DNA from: Armatimonadota bacterium
GTDB lineage: Bacteria; Armatimonadota; Fimbriimonadia; Fimbriimonadales; Fimbriimonadaceae
Reading direction: 5' to 3'
NCBI GenBank assembly: GCA_031400935.1
Contig: JANNQV010000054.1
Span: 1 to 49,102 of the forward strand
Length of the DNA stretch: 49,102 nt
The position numbers and the translations under genes were made by a program. The notes below the pieces were generated by a model. That model was not told the origin of the DNA and ran no database searches. It saw only the letters and a list, made by a program, of their open reading frames with translations. Of the stretch, positions 10,000-20,410 are shown piece by piece; positions within the stretch are counted from its first letter, which is position 1, and each line of letters opens with the position of its first letter.

Positions 10000-11955
10000 A
10001 TGTGCGGCTTAACCGGCTTTTTCGATAGATCTGCGAACCTTTCCGAACAGGAAGGACTATCTTTGCTTGCCAAGATGGGGGAGACCATTCAGCATCGTGG
10101 CCTAGACGATCACGGAGAATTCTATGAACCAAAGCATGGAGTTGGCATTTCGTTTCGCAGGCTTGCAATCCTTGACACCAGCCCAACCGGCCATCAACCT
10201 ATGAAAAGCGCCTCAGGACGCTTCACAATGGCCTACAACGGCGAAATCTACAACTACAAGCGATTGGAGGCAGAACTGTTAAGCCAGAGTCTTCTGCCCA
10301 CTCTAAGAGGCAGTTCCGACACCGAAATCATGCTGGCCGCCTTTGAAGCCTGGGGAATTCAAGAATCTGTCCAGAAATTTATCGGAATGTTTGCGATCGC
10401 ACTTTGGGATCATCAAGAAAATTGCCTCTATCTGATTCGAGACCGTGTTGGCGTAAAGCCGATGTATTACAGCTGGTTCGGAACGACGCTTGTTTTCGGC
10501 TCCGAACTCAAGGCACTACGATGCCACCCGGCGTTTCAGGCCGAAATTGATAGGGACTCGCTTGCGCAATTCCTTCAATTTAGCTATGTTCCATCGCCTC
10601 ATTCGATTTACAAAAACGTATCCAAATTGCCATCTGGAACCATTCTCAAGATCAATGCTGACGGGAATTGTGAAGGTCCAACGCCATTTTGGAGTTTTGA
10701 TCAAGCAGCTTCCGACGGCCAGACCAATCGTTTCTCTGGTTCAAAAGAAGATGCAGTTACCAAATTAGAGGAGTTGCTCACCGACTGCATTGGCTTGAGA
10801 ATGATTGCCGATGTTCCTTTAGGGGCTTTTCTTTCTGGAGGCGTTGACTCGTCTTTGGTTGTCGCGTTAATGCAAGCTCAATCTTTGATACCGGTCAAAA
10901 CCTTTTCTGTTGGATTTCAGCAAGGGGAATATGACGAAGCTGTTTTCGCAAAGGAGGTTGCCAAACACTTGGGAACGGATCATATCGAACACTATGTGAA
11001 CGATCAAGACGCTTTGGATGTAGTTCCGCTCCTGCCGACGATGTTCGACGAGCCATTCGGCGATCCCTCTCAAATTCCAACCTATTTGGTCTCGAAAATG
11101 GCGCGTCAGCATGTAACGGTGAGCCTTTCGGGCGATGGTGGAGACGAACTGTTTGGCGGATACAACCGGTATTCGGTAGCTCGGAAACTTTGGAGAATGA
11201 ATCAGAAATATCCGCAAAAAATGCGGAATATATTGATCGCTACACTAAAGGGATTGCCACCATCAACTTGGGAATCGGTATATGGACTTTTTCGTTGGGC
11301 GATGCCAAGTCGCTTAAGAATCAAGCGAATTGGAGAAAGGATTGACGTTCTTGAATCTGCGCTCGCAGCCAAGAGCCAAATGGACCTTTACGAAAGAATC
11401 ATGTCTCATTGGGATTCGCCAGAAGCGACGGTCATTGGCGCAAGCAGACTAAATCCCATTGGGTTTGAGGCTCAACTGTTTGCCGACACGTACGAATTTT
11501 CAGAAGCCATGATGCTCACCGACATGAAAACCTACATGCAAGAGGACGTTCTTGCTAAAGTGGACAGGGCAAGCATGGCAGTGAGTTTAGAGGCAAGAGA
11601 GCCGCTATTGGATCATCGTCTCATCGAATTTGCGCTTACATTGCCCCCAGAAATGCGGACGACTCGAGAATCGTCCAAACAGTTGCTTCGAAGTGTCCTT
11701 TATCGCCACGTTCCAAAGGACCTGATTGAGCGTCCGAAACAGGGATTCGCCGCGCCAATCGGAGAGTGGATCAATGGTGCGCTGAGAGATTGGGCTGACA
11801 AACTCTTGGATAAAAGCCTGCTTGAAAACCAAGGTTTTCTCGACCCAAAACCCATTCAGAAAATGTTGAAGGAGCACAGATCAGGAAAGCGAAACTGGCA
11901 ATTTGCGCTTTGGAACGTGCTGATGTTTCAGGCTTGGTTGGAAGAGAATTCTTAG
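10000..11955 (+). CDS. asnB: Asparagine synthase (glutamine-hydrolysing) family amidotransferase
   Basis: N-terminal MCG, HRGLDD, YNGEIYN, FLSGGVDSS, LSGDGGDELFGGY. Confidence 0.93.
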   Translation: MCGLTGFFDRSANLSEQEGLSLLAKMGETIQHRGLDDHGEFYEPKHGVGISFRRLAILDTSPTGHQPMKSASGRFTMAYNGEIYNYKRLEAELLSQSLLPTLRGSSDTEIMLAAFEAWGIQESVQKFIGMFAIALWDHQENCLYLIRDRVGVKPMYYSWFGTTLVFGSELKALRCHPAFQAEIDRDSLAQFLQFSYVPSPHSIYKNVSKLPSGTILKINADGNCEGPTPFWSFDQAASDGQTNRFSGSKEDAVTKLEELLTDCIGLRMIADVPLGAFLSGGVDSSLVVALMQAQSLIPVKTFSVGFQQGEYDEAVFAKEVAKHLGTDHIEHYVNDQDALDVVPLLPTMFDEPFGDPSQIPTYLVSKMARQHVTVSLSGDGGDELFGGYNRYSVARKLWRMNQKYPQKMRNILIATLKGLPPSTWESVYGLFRWAMPSRLRIKRIGERIDVLESALAAKSQMDLYERIMSHWDSPEATVIGASRLNPIGFEAQLFADTYEFSEAMMLTDMKTYMQEDVLAKVDRASMAVSLEAREPLLDHRLIEFALTLPPEMRTTRESSKQLLRSVLYRHVPKDLIERPKQGFAAPIGEWINGALRDWADKLLDKSLLENQGFLDPKPIQKMLKEHRSGKRNWQFALWNVLMFQAWLEENS

Positions 11956-11995
11956 ATTGAGTGGGACCTTTGACTTTAGCTGAATTCGAACAGAG

Positions 11996-12640
11996 TCATT
12001 TTTGTATCCGTAACGGCAATCGAAATCTACCTATAATAGTCCAATTGCCTAACACGTCTTCTTCCGCCACGCCAGCCCCAATATTGTGGATCACGAAAGG
12101 AAACCCATTCAAATTTCGCTTGGTCGAAAGCACTCCGACATGATCTTTTCCGCCAAATAGTTTCCAAAAAACGATGTCTCCTGACTTCCACTCAGACGGG
12201 TCTTTGAGTTCAATATCGATGGCGTTCGCATATTTTTGAAAGTATGCCGACATATTTGGGCATCGGCGATGGTCAATGTTCGAATCGAGCTTAGAAATCC
12301 GCGGATACCGGCTTGGAAACTTCTTCGCATCTTCGTGAATCGCTTTTTGCAAGTCCGTTCCAACTTCACGCAAAGCACGAATGACTACATCGGTGCAAAC
12401 ACCCTTTTGCAAGGGAACATCTCCATTTGGGTATGGAATCTTCACATATCCTGGGCTGTATCTCGTCGTGACTCCGATTTGGCCAATAGCTGCATGGACA
12501 AATCTGTCTGCCTCGGTTTTTGGCTGAAGAACCAGCCGTGGCGCCGAAACAAGTGCAGGGGAATTGGGCAAAATTGCCCAAAATGAACCAGCTGCCGCCA
12601 GAAAAGTAGCCGCAAAGAGTCCAATCGTCCGCCGATCCAT
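11996..12640 (-). CDS. DUF1287 (YijF-like) protein
   Basis: YPNGDVP..GVCTDVVIRA, NIDHRR, HNIGAG. Confidence 0.85.
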   Translation of the reverse strand: MDRRTIGLFAATFLAAAGSFWAILPNSPALVSAPRLVLQPKTEADRFVHAAIGQIGVTTRYSPGYVKIPYPNGDVPLQKGVCTDVVIRALREVGTDLQKAIHEDAKKFPSRYPRISKLDSNIDHRRCPNMSAYFQKYANAIDIELKDPSEWKSGDIVFWKLFGGKDHVGVLSTKRNLNGFPFVIHNIGAGVAEEDVLGNWTIIGRFRLPLRIQK

Positions 12641-12685
12641 AGCTAGAGCAACGCATAAAAAGAAACTTTCATTCCTGGACGAGAA

Positions 12686-13177
12686 TTATTTCGACTTTGA
12701 GCTCGAATCCAAAAAGCGCCTTGTTTGATCCGGCGAAAGTATAACGACGTTCGGATGGGTATTTTCCAAAAATTCTTCCAATGTAGTTCCTTGAAGTTCA
12801 CCCGTCTCGCAAAACTCGTCAAAAATTGCTCGAAGAACTGTTGCCTTTGAAGGCTCTTCGGAAAATGCTTCCATCCATAGCCCTGGCATGGATTCGTGGC
12901 TCTTGTATGCGACCGCCGCAACAGAAAAGTTACCCGAGTCAGGTTCAGCATCTGACTCCATCCATTCACCATGGATGACTTCAAATCCGGCCTTCTTCAG
13001 AACAGCCGAAACTATCTTCTCTGCTTTGTTTGAAGTGCTGGAAACAATGTGGAAACCACCTTTGTCCGTTGCTGTGATACGAATGCCCAGTCGGTCGGAA
13101 GAAATAGCAACAATTGGGTTGTCCAAGACGCAACGCACCGATTCAGCGAATTGCTCGAACTCAACACGAAGAACCAT
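12686..13177 (-). CDS. Hypothetical protein
   Basis: Open frame with protein-like composition; likely start ATG 13177 (MVLRVEF). Confidence 0.6.
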   Translation of the reverse strand: MVLRVEFEQFAESVRCVLDNPIVAISSDRLGIRITATDKGGFHIVSSTSNKAEKIVSAVLKKAGFEVIHGEWMESDAEPDSGNFSVAAVAYKSHESMPGLWMEAFSEEPSKATVLRAIFDEFCETGELQGTTLEEFLENTHPNVVILSPDQTRRFLDSSSKSK

Positions 13178-13336
13178 AGTCGAGAGTTTGGCAGATGTTT
13201 GCCACGGAGCGCGGGCACTCAGCCCACACAATGTCCGCGAACGCTTGGTTCGCAAAGCTTAGAATGGCAGTTTGAACTGATGGAAGTTAATTGGGCTAAA
13301 ATCAGATCATAACTTGCTTCAATTTGAGGTCGATTT

Positions 13337-15430
13337 ATGTCCGATGCCATCGAAACCCTTCTTGCCGAAAACCGAAAATTCCCGCCTACAGACGACTTTG
13401 TTGCAAGAGCAAACGTGAACGATCCCGGAATTTATTCAGAGGCACTCAAAGATAGCGTCAAGTTTTGGGAGAATTGGGCGAAGAAGCTAGACTGGTTTGA
13501 GCCTTGGCATACCGCACTTGAATGGAATCTTCCAGATGCGAAATGGTTTCTCGGCGGCAAATTAAACGCTTGCTACAATTGTGTGGATCGCCATTTAGCT
13601 AAGAGCGGCAACAAAACAGCAATTGTTTGGGAAGGAGAGCCGGGTGAAACGCTCCATATTACTTACAACAAGCTATATGAGCATGTGTGCAAAACGGCGA
13701 ACGCACTCAAATCTCTTGGAGTGATAAAAGGAGATCGGGTTTGCATTTATATGCCCATGGTTCCGGAGCTAGCCTACGCAATGTTGGCTTGCGCTCGAAT
13801 CGGAGCCGTCCATACGGTAGTGTTTGGCGGGTTTTCGGCTGAATCTTTGGCCGAGAGAATTAACGATTGCTCGTGCAAACTGATCATAACCGCTGATGGC
13901 GGGTACAGGCGAGGGAATGTAATTCCGCTTCAAATGATTACGGAAGATGCTCTGACACTAGGTTGCCCGACTATTGAAAACGTTCTCATTTTGGGCAGGA
14001 TAAATCCTGCGGTCCAGGTGCAGACAGAAGTTGGAGCTCTTTTAAAAGATGCAAATTCGATGACAACCGATCCACACTCAGCACTCAGCGTTCAGCACTC
14101 AGGAACCCTTAATCCAAAATGGATTTCCTGGCAGGAACTCGTCCCCCAACAGTCCACCGATTGCCCATGTGAACCGATGGATAGCGAAGACCTTCTCTAC
14201 GTCCTCTACACATCGGGCTCAACCGGAAAGCCAAAGGGAATCGTGCATACCACAGGCGGTTACATGACAGGCGTTTATGCAACATTCCAATGGGTGTTCG
14301 ACATCAAGGATGACGACATTTTTTGGTGTACAGCCGATTGCGGATGGGTAACGGGCCACAGCTATGTGGTTTACGGGCCGCTCGCAAACGCCGCCACCGT
14401 TGTGATGTACGAAGGCGCACCCGATACTCCCGACAAAGATCGCTTTTGGCGGGTCATTGAAAAGCACAAGGTTTCGATTCTTTACACCGCCCCGACCGCC
14501 ATTCGTACCTTCATGAAATGGGGAGATGAGTATCCAAATCGTTGCAATTTGAGTTCGCTAAGGCTATTGGGCTCAGTTGGCGAACCCATCAATCCAGAAG
14601 CTTGGATGTGGTACCACGATGTGATCGGCAAAGGAAAATGTCCGATAGTTGACACCTGGTGGCAAACCGAAACGGGGGCGATCATGATCACTCCGCTTCC
14701 GGGAATTACGGCCACTAAGCCAGGTTCGGCAACACAAGCATTCCCTGGAATCAAGGCGATTGTTGTGGATGAGAACGGCAACGACGTGACCCCGATTCAT
14801 GGCGCTTTGGGCTATTACGGTTGTTCAAATGGCACAGATGCTCCCGAATCCGGAAAGGCGCAAGGCGGGATTCTTGCAATCACCGATCCCTGGCCCAGCA
14901 TGACCCGTGGAATCTACGGCGACCCAGATCGGTTCACGAAAGTGTATTGGAGCAAGTTTCCTGGCTTATATTTTCCGGGCGACGGCACAAAGGTGGATGA
15001 AGATGGCTATTTCTGGCTTCTCGGGCGGGTTGACGACATCATGCTGGTCGCTGGCCACAACATCTCGACCATGGAAGTCGAAAGCGCTCTTGTAGATCAT
15101 CACGCTGTGGCTGAAGCAGCAGTGATCGGACGATCCGACGATATCAAGGGGCAAGCGATTGCCGCGTTTGTGATAATTCGATCGCACATTTCGATTGACG
15201 ATGGATTGATTTCTGAACTCAAAGCTCACGTGTCAAAAAAAATTGGTGTCGTTGCCCGTCCCGACGATGTTTTCCTTTGCGCCGAGCTTCCAAAAACTCG
15301 TTCTGGAAAAATCATGCGTCGACTCCTGAAAGATGTCGCTGAAGGGCGTGCACTGGGCGATACAACTACGTTAGCCGACCCCGCTGTCGTTACTTCACTC
15401 AAAGATCAGTACGAAGCGACGGAGGGGTAG
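13337..15430 (+). CDS. acs: Acetyl-CoA synthetase
   Basis: YTSGSTGKPKG, TADCGWVTGHSY, DTWWQTETG, LPKTRSGKIMRR. Confidence 0.97.
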   Translation: MSDAIETLLAENRKFPPTDDFVARANVNDPGIYSEALKDSVKFWENWAKKLDWFEPWHTALEWNLPDAKWFLGGKLNACYNCVDRHLAKSGNKTAIVWEGEPGETLHITYNKLYEHVCKTANALKSLGVIKGDRVCIYMPMVPELAYAMLACARIGAVHTVVFGGFSAESLAERINDCSCKLIITADGGYRRGNVIPLQMITEDALTLGCPTIENVLILGRINPAVQVQTEVGALLKDANSMTTDPHSALSVQHSGTLNPKWISWQELVPQQSTDCPCEPMDSEDLLYVLYTSGSTGKPKGIVHTTGGYMTGVYATFQWVFDIKDDDIFWCTADCGWVTGHSYVVYGPLANAATVVMYEGAPDTPDKDRFWRVIEKHKVSILYTAPTAIRTFMKWGDEYPNRCNLSSLRLLGSVGEPINPEAWMWYHDVIGKGKCPIVDTWWQTETGAIMITPLPGITATKPGSATQAFPGIKAIVVDENGNDVTPIHGALGYYGCSNGTDAPESGKAQGGILAITDPWPSMTRGIYGDPDRFTKVYWSKFPGLYFPGDGTKVDEDGYFWLLGRVDDIMLVAGHNISTMEVESALVDHHAVAEAAVIGRSDDIKGQAIAAFVIIRSHISIDDGLISELKAHVSKKIGVVARPDDVFLCAELPKTRSGKIMRRLLKDVAEGRALGDTTTLADPAVVTSLKDQYEATEG

Positions 15431-15519
15431 AGTGCGCAGGATGCTGGGACTGTGAGATGCAGGGATGCCCAGAATGATGCATGCATTCGAGCATCCAAGA
15501 GTACATTTTGTTACACCGT

Positions 15520-15873
15520 TTAAGACGGCTTCTTCGCTTTCGGCTTTGCCTTCGCTTTAGCTGGCGCCTTCTTTACAGCTGGCTTTTTTGCAGTAGTCTT
15601 TACGGCAGGATTCTTGGCAGTTCTAAGTTTGCTTGAGGCAGCTTCGTCTGGCTTGGCGGCAGGTTTGGCTGGCTCAGCCTTAGCTGCGGCCTTCGCTGGC
15701 CCTTGGTCAACTTCATCATCTTTCAACCACTTGCCAAATTTCTCCAACTCTTCGCCGAGTTTCTTAGCCAAAGGTTTCGACTGCTTCACTACTACCGGAA
15801 TCGCCGCAGCAGCAACAGCTAGTGCTGCAACACGGGTTAATAGAAACAGCCCTCGTATTGGAATGTGTACCAT
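15520..15873 (-). CDS. Small protein with hydrophobic N-terminus and Lys/Ala/Pro-rich tail
   Basis: ORF with AKKPAVKKAPAKAKAKPKAKK tail; -10-like TAGCCT 5 nt before the ATG. Confidence 0.65.
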   Translation of the reverse strand: MVHIPIRGLFLLTRVAALAVAAAAIPVVVKQSKPLAKKLGEELEKFGKWLKDDEVDQGPAKAAAKAEPAKPAAKPDEAASSKLRTAKNPAVKTTAKKPAVKKAPAKAKAKPKAKKPS

Positions 15874-15957
15874 AGCTTAGGCTACGTCGCCAGCGGCCAG
15901 TTAGTTGCAAAGTGAGTTTGGCCCGTCACTATGGTTAACAGTACTGGGCCGATGTCA

Positions 15958-16905
15958 CTAGCAGGACGGAGCAAAAGCGGAGCCGCCACGAACGACCCTT
16001 AACCAATTGATCGGATCTCCGTAGTCAAGTCCTACAACACCAAGCGATCGAAGCGCAGCCAGTGCCAGTTGCCTGCGATGTGCTGAGAACACGATGATAT
16101 GGGCGACAACAGCCCCGTATTCGAAACGAACGTGGTCATCACAAAGGGCATCAACAAATTCGGATTCCCATAGGTCTTGGGACTCGACGTCATTAAGCAA
16201 TTGGATTAGCCGTTTTCCAACGGAATCGTGCGTTGCAATGAGTTCAGAAACAGTTGGTTTCGACTCGATTGCTGGAAATTCAGTTCCATCGAAGGCAGCA
16301 ACCCATATTGCTTCTGTAGCGACAAGGCATCTTGACAATCCTCTCAAACTAGGTTCGTAGGTTTCCCACGGAACGCCTTCAGTTGCAGCAACAGTGGCTC
16401 GGTCCAGGTCCGCATCATCAAGGGTCTCAAGGTGCCTTAGAATCGCTGACGTTTCGTCAACATGATGCCGAATCAGAATTTCACTTAGTTTCATTGAAGT
16501 TTCTCCTTGTCGCCTTACGATAAGCCCATTTGGATGAAAATGCACGCCAGATGGTGCAGACACCCAATACGACCTGCCGGCTTGCAATCGGAAATCCCTA
16601 GGAGCAAGCCCAAATGTTGATCGAAATGCCTTGGTGAATCCTTCCGGAGTTTCGAAACCGACTTCAATCGCAACTTCTCCTATCGAGAACTTGCTCCGGC
16701 GAAGCAGATATGCACCGGCCTCTAATTGAAGTCGGCGTCTAAAACTTCTAGCTGACTCACCAAACTTCGCAGAAAACGTTCTACTAAAGTGGCTTCGGCT
16801 ATATGAAGCGCGAGCTGCCGCAATTCGAACTGGACACTGCGAGGCAATGAACCACTCGATGAATTTTGGGATTTCGAATGAGTACCGCATGGCGACAGTG
16901 AACAT
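15958..16905 (-). CDS. AraC-type HTH regulator fused to a DinB-like domain
   Basis: SRSHFSRTF and IGEVAIEVGFETPEGFTKAFR..FG HTH; C-terminal AHIIVFSAHRR DinB-like motif. Confidence 0.8.
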   Translation of the reverse strand: MFTVAMRYSFEIPKFIEWFIASQCPVRIAAARASYSRSHFSRTFSAKFGESARSFRRRLQLEAGAYLLRRSKFSIGEVAIEVGFETPEGFTKAFRSTFGLAPRDFRLQAGRSYWVSAPSGVHFHPNGLIVRRQGETSMKLSEILIRHHVDETSAILRHLETLDDADLDRATVAATEGVPWETYEPSLRGLSRCLVATEAIWVAAFDGTEFPAIESKPTVSELIATHDSVGKRLIQLLNDVESQDLWESEFVDALCDDHVRFEYGAVVAHIIVFSAHRRQLALAALRSLGVVGLDYGDPINWLRVVRGGSAFAPSC

Positions 16906-16951
16906 GATATGCGGACTTGATTCCGCAAACCTGTCCGATTGTGCCTAATTT

Positions 16952-17458
16952 CTAAGATTGAATTGATTCGGCTTCTACGTTCGATTTTTCTTTTGAAGCA
17001 AATGATTCCAAGCCCCAGACTACAATAAGCATTGCAGCACCAACAGTAATGCACGAGTCAGCCACGTTGAAAACAGGAAAATTGACAAACCGCAAGTGAA
17101 ACATATCGGTTACCTTGCCATGAATCAGCCTGTCGTAAAGGTTCCCAAGGGCACCTGATGCCACCAAAGACATTCCGGCATGAACCCAGAGTGTCTCTTT
17201 GGCATGCCGATAAGAATAGTAAGCGGCTCCGGCTGCTATACCGACCGCTACAGGCGTCAAAAAGATTGCTTTCCCTTGAAACATACCGAACGCTACACCT
17301 TCATTAAAAGTAAGCGTCAAGTCTAGTACATTTGGCCAGACGGACATAAACGTTCGGCCTTCTACGTCGCCAGCCGCATTTCGCGTCCAAAGTTTTACGA
17401 CTTGATCCAAGACCAACATCGAGATAAAGAGGAGCCAAAACAGTCGTTGATGCTTCAT
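16952..17458 (-). CDS. lspA: Lipoprotein signal peptidase II
   Basis: LDQVVK, NEGVAFG, GALGNLYDR, VTDM, FNVAD; follows ileS with an ATGA overlap. Confidence 0.95.
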   Translation of the reverse strand: MKHQRLFWLLFISMLVLDQVVKLWTRNAAGDVEGRTFMSVWPNVLDLTLTFNEGVAFGMFQGKAIFLTPVAVGIAAGAAYYSYRHAKETLWVHAGMSLVASGALGNLYDRLIHGKVTDMFHLRFVNFPVFNVADSCITVGAAMLIVVWGLESFASKEKSNVEAESIQS

Positions 17459-20340
17459 TTCCACCCGATGGCGCGACGGTCGCGGGCAGAGAGAAAATGC
17501 TCGCCAGCCATTTCAACGTCCTTGCGCCTGATTCGACTTCGTTCGCACTTTTCGTAGTTCGAAGCAGCAAAACCCGCAGCCTCATTCCCTTCAATCAAAA
17601 AAACTTCGCTGAACTTGAATAGAATGGCCAATTCGTCACTTAGCGTTTCCAAAATCAGTTTTTGCTCATTTGGCAAGGAAAGAGTTACAACAAAATCTTG
17701 GCTGTCCTTCGCATTGTTTGCGGCCTTCCACGGCTCAAATTGGGCGAAAGCAAAAGCCCGCCATTCCAAAACTGCAGCAATTTGTCGTTGCAGCAATCCA
17801 TCTTGGATCTCTTCCAATCGCTCCGAAGTTGGCCGAGAAAGCTGCGTCATATGAACAGAATTCGGTTCGTTGATCAAGCCAGGTATTCGTAGCCAAACTT
17901 CCTCTGCTGTGTGAGCAAGTATTGGCGCAACCAGTTTTGTGAGCTTCACTAGAACTTGATGGCAAGCAACCTGCCCACTTCGACGAGTGTTCCAATCTGT
18001 GCCATCGCAATACATCCGATCCTTGATTGCGTCCAGATAAAACGAGCTAAGTTGTTCAGCGCAGAAATTGTGAATTGCGGTGATTGCCGCCCCGAAATCG
18101 TATTCGCCATAGGCTCTCAAGCAGTCTTCAATGAGCAAATAAGTTTGCTCGATAATCCATCGGTCGAGCGGTAAAAGGTCATGCTCTGTCGCCCAAACGT
18201 CATCGTTCTGCTTCAAATCGGCTACGGTTGCATTCCAATTGAATCGCTTGCCATCGGTTGTGGGGAGGTCGCCTTCTGTGGGATAGTCGCTCAAATTTGA
18301 CAGCAAGAATCGAAGCGTGTTTCGAATTCTTCGGTACGAATCGCCCATTTGAGCGAGCAAATTCGGACCGCAAGGCGCATCGTTTTTCCAGTCAACGCTT
18401 GCAACCCACAATCGCAAAATGTCCGCTCCATAGGTATCGCAAGCCGTAACCGGATCAATTGAGTTCCCAGATCGCTTCGACATCTTTTCGCCTTTTTCAT
18501 CGTCAACAAAACCGTGAGTCAAGACGGTTTTGTAAGGCGGTTCCCCTTTGATCGCAGTGCCAATGATCAACGAAGTGTTGAACCAACCCCGATGCTGATC
18601 CGAGCCTTCCAAATACAAATCTGCCGGCCAATTTTCTTTCCATTGCGGCTCGACGGTTCCATCCAAAACGCAAATGTTTGTGCATCCGCTGTCGAACCAA
18701 ACGTCTAAAACATCTGTTTCCTTTCGAAACTCGGTTTCCCCAGTTTCCGGGTGAGAATAGCCTGCCGGCACGAAGTACGAGGCGTCCTTTTCAAACCAAA
18801 CATCTGAACCTTCGCTTTCGACTTTTTGAGCGATGGACTCGATTACCGTCGGGTCCATGATAGGCTTTCCAGACTTCGCCCCGTAGAGGATCGGAATTCC
18901 AACTCCCCAAGGTCGCTGGCGACTGATGCACCAATCTGGGCGGTTTCGGATCATCGCCTCGATTCGGTTGTAACCGTTTGCAGGAAGCCAAACTACGCCT
19001 TCCTCGCCATCATTCAACTTGTCAAGCGATTTGTTCTTGATTTTTGAAAGCATTTGTTGCCGCAGATTGTTGGTATCAATTCCGACGAACCATTGCTCAG
19101 TCGCTCGAAAGATGACTGGTTTTCCATCTCGTTCGGCATGAGGGTACGAATGCGAATAGTCGGAAACTGAGAGAAGATTTCCAACTTCTTGCAGCCTCTC
19201 GACAACACGAGAATTGCAATCCTTGTAGCTGATTCCTTCAAATTCGCCAGCCTCGGCGGTCATCATGCCGCGCTCGTCCACTGGACACAGAATTGGCAGA
19301 TCGTTCTTGATTCCTGTGTAAAAGTCGTCTCGGCCATGTCCAGGCGCCGTGTGAACGATGCCAGTGCCGTCTTCGGTCGTCACGTATTCCGCCATGACTG
19401 CAATGGATTCACGGTCAAAAATCGGATGTTTGAACTTAGATCCTTCAAACGAAATTCCCAAAAAGTCCGCGACCACTGTCCATTCGTCTGCTTCGATGGC
19501 TTCTCGAACCGTTTCGCTCAGCTCTCGCAAAACTAAGTAGTGTGCATCGCCAGATTTCACCACCAAGTACTCAAAATTAGGGTGAAACGCTACAGCGAGA
19601 TTGGCAGGAATTGTCCAAGGCGTCGTCGTCCAAATGATCGCGTTCAGGTTGTCAAACCGCTTTGACCAACCGTTGGCATCGCTAACTAAAGGGAAACGCA
19701 CATAAATGGATTTGGACAAAAAGTTTTCGACATAAACGATTTCGGTATCGGCAAGGGCCGTTCGCGAAGTCGGCGACCAAAGCGTTGGCCGAAGCCCTTT
19801 GTAGACGTATCCGCTTTCGACCATTCGCTTGAAAACGCGAATGATTTCTGCTTCATATTTGAACTCCATTGTCGTATACGGCCGTTCCCAAAGTCCAAAA
19901 ACTCCAAGCCTTTTGAATTGGGCGGTTTGAATGTCAATGTATTTTGCGGCATGCTCTCTGCAAGCTTTTCGCAAAGTTACAACATCTGGCGTTTCCTTCT
20001 TTTCATGAAATGCTCGCATTACGGCTTGTTCAATGGGCAGGCCATGGTTATCATAGCCTGGGACATACGGTGCCCGATAGCCCATTACGGTTCGGGATTT
20101 CACCACAAAGTCCTTCAGTAGCTTGTTCAGCGCGGTTCCGATGTGGATGGGCGAATTTGTATAGGGTGGGCCATCATGCAATACAAAGCTTGGGGCATCT
20201 TTGCGCGATTCCTGGATGCGATGATAGATTTTTTGCGCATCCCATGATTTTTGAATCTCAGGTTCGCGCAATCCAAGGTCGGCCTTCATCGGAATGGTGA
20301 AGGCTGGATCGGGCAAATTTAGAGTCTCTCGAAAGTCCAT
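17455..20340 (-). CDS. ileS: Isoleucyl-tRNA synthetase
   Basis: LHDGPPY..HIGT, WTTTPWT, DWCISRQR, EGSDQHRGWF, KMSKR. Confidence 0.97.
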   Translation of the reverse strand: MDFRETLNLPDPAFTIPMKADLGLREPEIQKSWDAQKIYHRIQESRKDAPSFVLHDGPPYTNSPIHIGTALNKLLKDFVVKSRTVMGYRAPYVPGYDNHGLPIEQAVMRAFHEKKETPDVVTLRKACREHAAKYIDIQTAQFKRLGVFGLWERPYTTMEFKYEAEIIRVFKRMVESGYVYKGLRPTLWSPTSRTALADTEIVYVENFLSKSIYVRFPLVSDANGWSKRFDNLNAIIWTTTPWTIPANLAVAFHPNFEYLVVKSGDAHYLVLRELSETVREAIEADEWTVVADFLGISFEGSKFKHPIFDRESIAVMAEYVTTEDGTGIVHTAPGHGRDDFYTGIKNDLPILCPVDERGMMTAEAGEFEGISYKDCNSRVVERLQEVGNLLSVSDYSHSYPHAERDGKPVIFRATEQWFVGIDTNNLRQQMLSKIKNKSLDKLNDGEEGVVWLPANGYNRIEAMIRNRPDWCISRQRPWGVGIPILYGAKSGKPIMDPTVIESIAQKVESEGSDVWFEKDASYFVPAGYSHPETGETEFRKETDVLDVWFDSGCTNICVLDGTVEPQWKENWPADLYLEGSDQHRGWFNTSLIIGTAIKGEPPYKTVLTHGFVDDEKGEKMSKRSGNSIDPVTACDTYGADILRLWVASVDWKNDAPCGPNLLAQMGDSYRRIRNTLRFLLSNLSDYPTEGDLPTTDGKRFNWNATVADLKQNDDVWATEHDLLPLDRWIIEQTYLLIEDCLRAYGEYDFGAAITAIHNFCAEQLSSFYLDAIKDRMYCDGTDWNTRRSGQVACHQVLVKLTKLVAPILAHTAEEVWLRIPGLINEPNSVHMTQLSRPTSERLEEIQDGLLQRQIAAVLEWRAFAFAQFEPWKAANNAKDSQDFVVTLSLPNEQKLILETLSDELAILFKFSEVFLIEGNEAAGFAASNYEKCERSRIRRKDVEMAGEHFLSARDRRAIGWK

Positions 20341-20410
20341 GGGGAGACTCGATTGTACCTGGAAGGCTGTTGATGACTAGGACATGTGTCACTTAAGAGA
20401 GGAGAGATGT

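Noticed and set aside
20341..20410. T-box leader for ileS
   Set aside because: The intergenic region is only ~70 nt and has no T-box motif
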